Assembly (NCBI GenBank): GCA_965221775.1
Contig: CBDCSU010000005.1
Coordinates: forward strand, 320,001 to 384,000
Source: Candidatus Latescibacterota bacterium
GTDB taxonomy: Bacteria; Latescibacterota; UBA2968; UBA8231
Direction: 5' to 3'
DNA length: 64,000 nucleotides
Below the pieces are notes generated by a model. The model worked only from the letters and a program-made list of their open reading frames with translations. It was not told where the DNA came from and did no database searches. The stretch's first letter is position 1; every line of letters begins with the position of its first letter. Shown in pieces: positions 49,009 through 56,673 of this stretch. The position numbers and the translations under genes are program-made.

Positions 49009-49047
49009 AGAAACAAATGGGTGGCCGGCTTGCACCGGCCACCCATT
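49009..49047 (-). terminator. Intrinsic terminator/attenuator after the first gene of the envelope operon
   Basis: Perfect 13-bp stem AATGGGTGGCCGG/CCGGCCACCCATT (49016-49047), 6-nt loop, then TGTTTCT on the minus strand. Confidence 0.7.
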
Positions 49048-49090
49048 CCGAGTCAGGCTGCTCCCAAACAGGGACGCCCGCTGACCGCTT

Positions 49091-50938
49091 TTACTTGAGC
49101 AGAGTCACGCGCTTGCTCTCGGCAAAACTCCCCGCGACCATCCGCAGGACATAGACCCCGCTGCCAACCTTGACGCCCTGGTAGTCCGTGCCGTCCCAGG
49201 TGACGTGGTAGGAGCCGGAGTCCAGCACTTGATCCACCAGCCTGGCCACTTCCTGGCCGGCCACGTTGTGCACGGTCAGTGTCACCGACTCGTTGATCTC
49301 GGGAACGGCGATGCGGACGGTCGTCTCGGGGTTGAAGGGGTTCGGGAACGCATCACCCAGTGCGAAAGCGCCGGGCGTGGCCCCACCTTCCAACTCCGTG
49401 ACGTCCGTGGTCAGGCCGTCGCCCACCTTCGCCCGTGCGATGTCCATGGGGAAGTGTGCCAGGTACGGACCGGCTCCCACGCCGATGTAGAGACCGTCGG
49501 CCTCGTTGTCGTTGTCCATCAGCATGGCGATGCCGCCGAGTGAGCCCGGGGGCATGTGGATTCCCACGTTGAGCTTGAACAGACCGAAGCCGTCGGGTCC
49601 CATGACCGTGGCCCATTCAGGCGCCTCCCAGCCGCCGATGAGGCTGATACCCCAGCGGGTGGCCAGTATGCTGATCGGAATGTTCGAGGGGATCCCCAGG
49701 GCCTCCCTCTCCTCCCTGGTGTAGAAGTCCAGGTAGAAGTCGCCGTTCTGGTTTTTCCAGACCAGGTTGAGGTCCTTGTCGGTCTTGGTCGGACCCGCTC
49801 CTTCCCGGCCGAGGTAACTGGTCCCGTAGTAGCCCGTGTCGTCGACGTCGAACCCCGCAACTGCCTTGAAGTTCCTCGGGGCGCCTTCGTCGTTGAAGAC
49901 CTGGGGGAAGTAGTCCAGGAAGGAGAGGACCTCCACCAGCTCTCCGGTGGCGCGGTCGAATATCTGCACCGCCGGACCCGGCGAACCGTAGGGCTCCACG
50001 TGGTCGGCGACGGTGGCGTAGAGCATGCCGTCGTCGGCCACCCAGGGATGGTGGCGGGCGTTGGCCACCATGGTGGTGATGCCGCGGACCTCCATGGCGA
50101 TGTAGCCGCCGTCGGCGTTCTCCCAGCTCTCGTCCAGCAGCGCCGTGCCCGCCTCGCGATCGATGATCGCCCGGTACAGGCCGCCCGGCGGGTTCTGGAA
50201 GCGGATGACGTAGGCCACGCCATCTTCCGACGGGTCCATCTGCAGATAGCCGACATCCTTCCAGTCATTCCCGGTCTCGCCCGGGACCGCGTTGACCCAC
50301 GGGATGGCGAAGGTCTCGAAGGCCTCGGGGTTGGCGAGCAGGTCGGTGCCCATCTCGCTCACCCTGATGTTCCAGACGCCCTCGATCTGCTGGGGGAACC
50401 AGATCTCCGGAGGACTCGCCTGGTCGTTGACCACCGAGTTCTGCCAAGGGGCCATGGTACCGCCCGCGTAGGTGGGCTTGGAGTCGACGTCGATGGCGAA
50501 CAGGTAGGTCCTGTAGGTGCCGGAGCCGACGGTCGCTCCCGTGTAATCCGTGCCGTCCCAGGTGATGGTGTTCGAGCCCGCGTCGAACCGGTCTCCGGCA
50601 CTGATGTAGACGAGGGTATCCAGACCGGCGGCGCGGATCAGGCTCTGTTCGATGCCTCCCACCCCGAAAGGCTCTCCGCCGTACTGGGGATTGGCATCGA
50701 GGGTGTACACGGCAAGCCAGACCATGGCCGAGGGAACGCCTTCGATGGTGAAGGGGATCTCGACCGCGGAACCGTCAAAGGTGTGGTTCACGTCCTGCGT
50801 CGAGAGCTTCAGCACCGTCGGCGCGCCGCCCTTCCAGTGGACGTCAAAGCCCTGCCAGTCGGGGTTGGACTGGCCGAAGTCGTTTGCCGCGGCCGTCCCG
50901 AGGAGTCCGGAACACAACAGCAGGATCGCCTTCTTCAT
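49091..50938 (-). CDS. Secreted protein with N- and C-terminal FlgD-Ig domains (T9SS type A-like CTD)
   Basis: AAGGAG RBS, MKKAILLL signal; TITWDGTDYTG and C-terminal AFPNPFNPET...VTWDGTDYQG...SGVY...KRVTLLK. Confidence 0.85.
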   Translation of the reverse strand: MKKAILLLCSGLLGTAAANDFGQSNPDWQGFDVHWKGGAPTVLKLSTQDVNHTFDGSAVEIPFTIEGVPSAMVWLAVYTLDANPQYGGEPFGVGGIEQSLIRAAGLDTLVYISAGDRFDAGSNTITWDGTDYTGATVGSGTYRTYLFAIDVDSKPTYAGGTMAPWQNSVVNDQASPPEIWFPQQIEGVWNIRVSEMGTDLLANPEAFETFAIPWVNAVPGETGNDWKDVGYLQMDPSEDGVAYVIRFQNPPGGLYRAIIDREAGTALLDESWENADGGYIAMEVRGITTMVANARHHPWVADDGMLYATVADHVEPYGSPGPAVQIFDRATGELVEVLSFLDYFPQVFNDEGAPRNFKAVAGFDVDDTGYYGTSYLGREGAGPTKTDKDLNLVWKNQNGDFYLDFYTREEREALGIPSNIPISILATRWGISLIGGWEAPEWATVMGPDGFGLFKLNVGIHMPPGSLGGIAMLMDNDNEADGLYIGVGAGPYLAHFPMDIARAKVGDGLTTDVTELEGGATPGAFALGDAFPNPFNPETTVRIAVPEINESVTLTVHNVAGQEVARLVDQVLDSGSYHVTWDGTDYQGVKVGSGVYVLRMVAGSFAESKRVTLLK

Positions 50939-50987
50939 GGGATACTCCTTTTCTCCGCCCCGGACTCCCGTCTGGCCCGGTGTGGCG

Positions 50988-51072
50988 TGAGTTCGTGGCC
51001 TGCCTCGTCCTGCCGGGTCTCGGCAGGGCCCAAGAGGCCACAATGATCGGCAACTCAACCCCTTTGGGGGTT
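50988..51072 (-). promoter_or_regulatory. Structured 5' leader upstream of the envelope operon
   Basis: Nested complementary pairs TGAGTT/AACTCA, GTGGCCT/AGGCCAC and CCTGCCG/CGGCAGG, plus hairpin AACCCC-TTTG-GGGGTT. Confidence 0.5.
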
Positions 51073-51094
51073 CGTCCATTCGTTCACTAGAAGA

Positions 51095-51123
51095 CTGTTA
51101 CTGCTCTTTCGGATGGAAGTCAA
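51095..51123 (-). promoter_or_regulatory. Putative sigma70 promoter of the envelope operon
   Basis: TTGACT-17 nt-TAACAG in a locally AT-rich stretch; the -10 match is weak. Confidence 0.35.
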
Positions 51124-51195
51124 GGAAAAAGCACGGCCCCCCACGCCCCTTCACCCCGGGGAGAGAGGAGCTATTGGTTGCCACTTACGGACCGC

Positions 51196-51672
51196 TTATG
51201 GGCCGCTCTGGGCCTCCTCCTCGCCGGCCTTGATCCTCACGGGGTCGGACCCGACCGAGATGAACCGTGTCCGCGGGTTGAGGGTGAGCTTGTCGTACGG
51301 CCCGTAGGGCCGCCAGCGCTTGGCCCCCGGAGTCGTCATCGTCTGGGGCTCGGCGTCGGGCCGTTCCGCGCCGATCATCCGAAGGGCCTCGTCCTCGTCG
51401 AAGGGGTCCATCTCTTCGAACCTGTAGCTGACATAGCTCGCCTCCCCCTCCTTAATTACCACGAAGACCCGGACACCCGTGCCAAGCACATCCTGCCACA
51501 GCAGATGCCCGAACCTCCCCTCCGAGGCCTGGACCCTCTGCCAGGGGTCTCCCCAGCGCTCGATGAGATCGGCCTCGCTCCTGCCGAGAACCTCATGAAC
51601 GTCCAGCGGCGGCGGCTCCCGGGAGCAGGACGCCCCGAGAACCAGGACTGAGATGACCAGCGCGGCTCTCAT
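51196..51672 (-). CDS. Small lipoprotein, hypothetical
   Basis: MRAALVISVLVLGAS-C; only this 3' end of ORF 51196-54126 looks real, the rest is antisense to paralogue B. Confidence 0.7.
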   Translation of the reverse strand: MRAALVISVLVLGASCSREPPPLDVHEVLGRSEADLIERWGDPWQRVQASEGRFGHLLWQDVLGTGVRVFVVIKEGEASYVSYRFEEMDPFDEDEALRMIGAERPDAEPQTMTTPGAKRWRPYGPYDKLTLNPRTRFISVGSDPVRIKAGEEEAQSGP

Positions 51673-51739
51673 TCGGATCCGATCCTTGTCTCGTGCTCGG
51701 TTGAAGCCCGGCACGTCCCGGCCCCGGGCAGGGAGCCGC

Positions 51740-51767
51740 AAAATAGAGGGGGGGCTTTCCCGGTCAA
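51740..51767 (-). promoter_or_regulatory. Putative sigma70 promoter for the 51672 lipoprotein
   Basis: TTGACC-16 nt-TATTTT; the spacer contains a C7 run. Confidence 0.5.
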
Positions 51768-51819
51768 GCAGCCGAATCCGACGGCTTGCCGATCGGTGGT
51801 GATTTCCTCTCCGGCAGGG

Positions 51820-54624
51820 ATGGTGCGTATGCGGCCCTGGATCTGGATGCTCCTCCTCTTGCTGACGGGCGGGTTCCGGGCGCTGGCGTCCGAGCCGGTC
51901 CTGGGGCTCCCGCAGGACGTCTCCGGCCGCTCCTTCCTCTACCGGTCGGATCCCTCCTACCTCAACTACGGTTTCGAGGACTACACGCTGCCGGAGTTCA
52001 CCCGGTTCTCGCGGCGCAACTACTACGGCCCCCTGGGCAACTTCCTGATCCAGGGCTACGACGTGTACGAGTGGCGGGAGACCCGGGCCTCGACGGCCAC
52101 GGCCTGGCACAAGTCGCTGCGCACCCTCCCCCGCTTCGGGCGTTTCGAGCGCAACCTGGTGGCGCGGGAGTCGCACGCGCGGTGGGCGGCGAGCCTGATC
52201 TACGGGGAGGAGATCCGCACGCTGTTCACGCCGCTGACCCTGGCCCTGCCGGGCTACGACGGCATCCGCCTCGACAGCCAGGTGGGCAACACGCGGGTGG
52301 CCGTCATCGGACAGCGGTACGTGGGTCACTTCACCGCCGGCCAGTACGGCGAAGGGCCCGTCTGGACCAACTGGGACTTCACCGAGCACATGCGCAGCTC
52401 GGCGATGCTCCTCGGGGCCCACGGCGACGTCGAGCTGGGGGCGCTGACCCTGGGGGCGACGGGGGTGAACTTCCACATCTTCGACGCCGAGCAGGAGAGC
52501 TTCGTGCTGCGCGGCGGGCTGCAGGCCGAGCAGGTGCTGCCGGTGGGCTACCTGGTGCGGCTCTCCGACGATTCGCCGGAGGACCTGCAGGCCGGCGCCG
52601 TGGTCGCGGAGGTGCGTCTGAAGGTCAACGGCGAGGAGCGCCCGGACCTGCGGCCCTTCCTGGCCCGCATCAACGGCCAGAATCCCACCGCGGTGGGATC
52701 CACCAGCCGGCTCACGGGCCAGTTCCGGCGGGTGGCCTACCTGGACCGGGGCACGCGCTTCGCAGACGTGCTCTACCTGCGCGATCACCTGCGGGGGGAG
52801 GACGTGTCGGACAAGGTCAACCTGGAGGAGTTGCTGCGCTGGGTGGAGGCCCTGCCGGACGTGCCCGGGCTGCGGGCCGACGGCCACGAGCAGATCATCG
52901 CCTTCTTCGACGTGAGCCAGGAGCCGTTCATCCGCCAGGTGCAGGTGGAGGCGCTGGTGGGCAACGACTACCGCGTCGAGGTGCTGCCCCTCTACGTCTC
53001 GGCCCCGGCGGTGGAGAACTACGAGTTCCACTACCGCGTGGGCGGCAATTCCCTGGCGCCGGGGCAAGGCTACTTCGTGGAAAAGGAGACGCCGGGGGTG
53101 ACCGCCGCACGCCGCTCCCCGGGCAACGTTCAGGACATGTCGAACCTGGAGTGGGTGCGCCTGGATCTGGGGGAGTGGACGGGCCGGGCCCTGTGGGGTC
53201 TCAACGGGGCCTGGGAGTGGGGCGACGCCGAGGTGCGCTGGGAATACGCCCGCAGCGTGGAGTACCGCGAGTTTCCCGACGGCCGGCCGGGGTACCGCGA
53301 GGACCGGGAACTCAGGGGCATCCGCCGCTGGAACGGGGCGCGCAGCAGCACCGACGCCGGCGCGTACTACGTGAACGGACGGTGGCGCCGGGGCCGGGTG
53401 GAGGTGGGGGGGGAGCTGTTCTCCATCGCCGAGGAGTACGACAGCGGCTTCGTGCAGGACAACGACGACGACGACCGCTATCCCGACAGCGGCCCCGGAC
53501 ACCGCCCCATGAGTGCGGACACGGGCACCCCCTTCGACCCGGACGGGGTGTTCCCGGGCAACGACCGGGACAACGACCGGATTCCGGACACCAACCGCAA
53601 CGGCAACCGGGTGCCCGATTACCTGGAGGCGTTCCTGCTGTACGACGTGGAGCCGCTGGCCTATGCCTATGGACGGGACGCCAACAACAACGGCATCCCC
53701 GACCACCGCGAGGACGACCTGGACTCGGACTACCCCTACGAGGTGGACCAGCGCGGGCACCACGCCTTCGGGACGCTGCATCTGCCCGGCGGGTTTCGCC
53801 TCACGGCGGGCCGGCTGCGGGCGGCGGGGATCGCCAGCGGCGCCCGCAACGAGAGCACCTACGGCGTCGCCACCCTTCGCCGCCACAGTCACCGGTGGGG
53901 CTCGGTCCGGGCCGAGACCCGCCTCCGGCGGCTCCACGACGACATCGTCGACAACTACGTCGTCTTCGACGAGGTGTGGGGCCGCTATCCCAACCGGGAG
54001 CGGACCTATGCCCCCACCACGGTGCTGGATCTGCTTGAGTATCGCGACAGCCTGGACCGGCAGCACTACGTCGAAGCCGACCTCAGCCCCGCCCCCGGAC
54101 TGCGCCTCGGCGGCAACCTGCGCCATGCGCTCAACGAGCAGCGCGAGGCCACCCTGGCCGATGGCAGCGATCAGGCCGCCGACACGATCACCCGGCTGAC
54201 GATGGTGGCCCGGGCCGAGTATGTGTGGGAGCTGTCGGAGCGGTGGCGCGTGATCGCCCAGGCCAAGGCGCTGCGGCTGCGCCGGACTCGGGAGAGCCTG
54301 GCGGTGGACCTGGCCAACGAGTGGACTTTCGTGCCGATCCTGAAGACCTCATGTCACATCACGCCGCGCACCCACCTGTGGCTCGGCACCCAGGGGCTGC
54401 CGGGCCTGCCCCTGCGCAAGGAGGATCTGGCCGACGGCCGCGACAGCTACGAGGAGGTCGTTCGGGTGGTGCAGCTGACGAACTGGTCTCCCTACTTCGG
54501 GTACGAAATCGCCACCAACCTGGGGGTGAAGTGGAGCCGGCGCCAATACGGAGATCCCGCACGGGAGAGGGACGATCTCGACATCACCTCCGCCTTCCTG
54601 CGCGTCCTCCTGGGATTCGAATAG
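51820..54624 (+). CDS. Uncharacterised ~935-aa putative outer-membrane protein, paralogue B (near-identical to A)
   Basis: Its own signal peptide MRPWIWMLLLLL...ALA; mature sequence matches 38541-41351 except for short patches. Confidence 0.85.
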   Translation: MVRMRPWIWMLLLLLTGGFRALASEPVLGLPQDVSGRSFLYRSDPSYLNYGFEDYTLPEFTRFSRRNYYGPLGNFLIQGYDVYEWRETRASTATAWHKSLRTLPRFGRFERNLVARESHARWAASLIYGEEIRTLFTPLTLALPGYDGIRLDSQVGNTRVAVIGQRYVGHFTAGQYGEGPVWTNWDFTEHMRSSAMLLGAHGDVELGALTLGATGVNFHIFDAEQESFVLRGGLQAEQVLPVGYLVRLSDDSPEDLQAGAVVAEVRLKVNGEERPDLRPFLARINGQNPTAVGSTSRLTGQFRRVAYLDRGTRFADVLYLRDHLRGEDVSDKVNLEELLRWVEALPDVPGLRADGHEQIIAFFDVSQEPFIRQVQVEALVGNDYRVEVLPLYVSAPAVENYEFHYRVGGNSLAPGQGYFVEKETPGVTAARRSPGNVQDMSNLEWVRLDLGEWTGRALWGLNGAWEWGDAEVRWEYARSVEYREFPDGRPGYREDRELRGIRRWNGARSSTDAGAYYVNGRWRRGRVEVGGELFSIAEEYDSGFVQDNDDDDRYPDSGPGHRPMSADTGTPFDPDGVFPGNDRDNDRIPDTNRNGNRVPDYLEAFLLYDVEPLAYAYGRDANNNGIPDHREDDLDSDYPYEVDQRGHHAFGTLHLPGGFRLTAGRLRAAGIASGARNESTYGVATLRRHSHRWGSVRAETRLRRLHDDIVDNYVVFDEVWGRYPNRERTYAPTTVLDLLEYRDSLDRQHYVEADLSPAPGLRLGGNLRHALNEQREATLADGSDQAADTITRLTMVARAEYVWELSERWRVIAQAKALRLRRTRESLAVDLANEWTFVPILKTSCHITPRTHLWLGTQGLPGLPLRKEDLADGRDSYEEVVRVVQLTNWSPYFGYEIATNLGVKWSRRQYGDPARERDDLDITSAFLRVLLGFE
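51913..54620 (+). repeat. ~2.7-kb inverted repeat, copy 2 (partner 38548-41252)
   Basis: As for copy 1; a tract of over 200 nt is identical even at synonymous sites. Confidence 0.9.
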
Positions 54625-54629
54625 CAGGA

Positions 54630-56639
54630 CTACAACCCGGGGAAGTAGCTCAGATCCAGGTGCGGGCGCTCCATGTATCGCGTCATGTGAGAGAGGTCCG
54701 AGAAGAACAGGTGCTCGTGGTCCTTCCGGAACCGCACCAGCTCGCGCAGGGCCTCCGTCGCTTCGTCGACCCGCTCCTCCGGCACCTGCGCACTGCCATC
54801 GTGGATGGCGGTGAAGGCAACCGCCAGCAGGGCGTGTTGCAGACCCACCTGAAGGAACCTGACCCGCTCCGCGAACTCGGGCCGGGGGCTGGTGCCCGCC
54901 TCGTGCAGCGCCCGCTCCAGGATGGGGAGGGCGGGATCGAAGACCTCCGGGGGAAAGGCATCGTGGGCCTGGAGAGGATACTTCGCGTAGCGGCGCACCT
55001 CCAGGTCCTGGATGAAGTTCAAGGTGTTCTCCACCGCATAGCCCTCCCAGTAGTCGCAGTAGCGCCTGACACTCTCCGCCGCCGGTCCGAAGGCCGAGAA
55101 GTACTCGCCGCGAATCGCATCGATCTCCAGTTCGGGATCGCTGTGCAGCCGCAGGTGCATGTAGAGCCGGAGCCCCTGCGCCGCCCACTGCCCGGTGTTC
55201 ATGTCGAAGTCGGTGCCCTCCATTCCGTTTTCGTAGGCGAACTTGAAGAAGGCCCCGGACTGATGGGTCTCGAAGTGGGGCAGCAAGTAACCGTCGAGAA
55301 GGTAGTTGGGCCGGTACCCCATCCTCATGCCGGTCTTCTTCCAGCCGAGCCACTGCTCCTTCATCCACTCGAAGGCCGCCACGGGCATCGGGAAGTAGCG
55401 CAGGTGGGGATCCCTCCACTGGACGAATTCGCCGTAGTAGCTCTTGCCGAGGTAGACGTCGTTGACCGGTGCGGTGAACTCGTTCTCGTACAGTGACATG
55501 ACCAGCATCTGCACGTTCGGATTCCGCCTGGCCGCCTTCTCCCGTATGGCCTGCCAGAAACGGACGTACCGGTCGGAGGTCTGACCGTAGAAGACCTGGG
55601 TATCGTGGTCGTCCTCGTACATGAGCCTGGCGAACCAGGGCGGCGGTTCGGGCTGGGGCCCGTCCCATGCCCGGCACGGCTCGCACGTACACCGCCCCGG
55701 CCGGTCCACCGGCCTTACCACGAGGCCCCTCTTCCCGTCCCATCGCTCGACGATGAAGTCCTGCAGCTCCTCGTTCGTCACGCACAGCGACACATACGGG
55801 TGCGGTCTTCCGGGTTTCGGATTCCCCCGCCTCCCGTCGCGGGTAAGGACGAACCACTCCGGGTGCTTCTCGCCGTACTGGTTCCAGCTGACGGACTTGT
55901 GATCCCCCGGGGGGCGCGCATCCAGTCCGCCCAGCCGGTGTCTCCGATAGAGCACCCTCAGGGCCGCGTCGTACTCGCGCGCCACTTCGGGTGAGAATCC
56001 GATGCGGGCATCGGCGCTTCCCTCCCCGATGTCATGGCGAGGAATCCTCATGTAGCGGAAGCGGAGGGCCGGTTGTTCCATCCGCCTCACCGCCCGCAGA
56101 GCGATCGACCTCGTCCCGGGCACGTAGGTGCCCAGATCTCCGGGCCACAGCCAGCGCACGCCCACGAATTCCTCCAGGAACTCGTAGACGCCGAAGAGGG
56201 TGCCCACGTCCGGATTGTCCAGTTCCAGGGGATCGGCGTCGCTCTCCCGCCCGAGGATGTAGAGGTCGTTGCCCACGGAGCGCATGACGAAGGTCTCCCT
56301 GGGGAGGCGCTCCACGTCGATCCCCTGGCGGAGAGCGGATTCCGTCTCCCCCACGTAGATGCGGGTATTGACGTCCCGGGGCGTCTCCGATTCCGGGATG
56401 ACACGGAGGGTGACGCCCGTGGCCAGCCGTACGTGCTCCACCAGCTCTTCCACGGCATAGGCCGCCGTCCTCGTGGGCGCGTCGGCAGTGACCACCACGG
56501 CCCTCGGTTCGCCCTCCACCACCAGGGTGACCTGCGCCCCGGCCACCGGGGGCAGGAAGGCCGCGAGAGCCATCACCAGGGCGGTGACGACGCTTCTCCG
56601 GCAATGCCTCCTGTCTCTGTTGGAGATCGATCGGGGCAC
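54630..56639 (-). CDS. DUF4838-domain secreted protein (GH67/GH20-like N-domain, putative glycan hydrolase)
   Basis: AGGAGG RBS and GTG at 56639; GTLFGVYEFLE...GVRWLWPG, HPEWF, LCVTN, CTCEPC, FGPAA. Confidence 0.8.
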   Translation of the reverse strand: MPRSISNRDRRHCRRSVVTALVMALAAFLPPVAGAQVTLVVEGEPRAVVVTADAPTRTAAYAVEELVEHVRLATGVTLRVIPESETPRDVNTRIYVGETESALRQGIDVERLPRETFVMRSVGNDLYILGRESDADPLELDNPDVGTLFGVYEFLEEFVGVRWLWPGDLGTYVPGTRSIALRAVRRMEQPALRFRYMRIPRHDIGEGSADARIGFSPEVAREYDAALRVLYRRHRLGGLDARPPGDHKSVSWNQYGEKHPEWFVLTRDGRRGNPKPGRPHPYVSLCVTNEELQDFIVERWDGKRGLVVRPVDRPGRCTCEPCRAWDGPQPEPPPWFARLMYEDDHDTQVFYGQTSDRYVRFWQAIREKAARRNPNVQMLVMSLYENEFTAPVNDVYLGKSYYGEFVQWRDPHLRYFPMPVAAFEWMKEQWLGWKKTGMRMGYRPNYLLDGYLLPHFETHQSGAFFKFAYENGMEGTDFDMNTGQWAAQGLRLYMHLRLHSDPELEIDAIRGEYFSAFGPAAESVRRYCDYWEGYAVENTLNFIQDLEVRRYAKYPLQAHDAFPPEVFDPALPILERALHEAGTSPRPEFAERVRFLQVGLQHALLAVAFTAIHDGSAQVPEERVDEATEALRELVRFRKDHEHLFFSDLSHMTRYMERPHLDLSYFPGL

Positions 56640-56673
56640 GGTAGTCCTCCTTCCGGCAAGGCGGACGCCACGC

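Noticed and set aside
44218-49098. Very long plus-strand ORFs (1626 aa here; also 38400-41480, 18824-22261, 1008-3473)
   Set aside because: These are antisense shadows of real genes in GC-rich DNA, with no recognisable motifs.
51673-54126. 976-aa minus ORF resembling ORF 38400-41480
   Set aside because: The similarity only reflects the inverted repeat read antisense; only 51196-51672 is a plausible gene.
38548-54620. Composite transposon bounded by inverted IS copies
   Set aside because: The repeats encode signal-peptide proteins, with no transposase motifs or terminal inverted repeats.
38541-54624. Diversity-generating retroelement (TR/VR) explanation for the A/B differences
   Set aside because: Differences in the patch I compared base by base are not adenine-specific, another patch has an indel, both copies are full genes, and there is no reverse transcriptase in the window.
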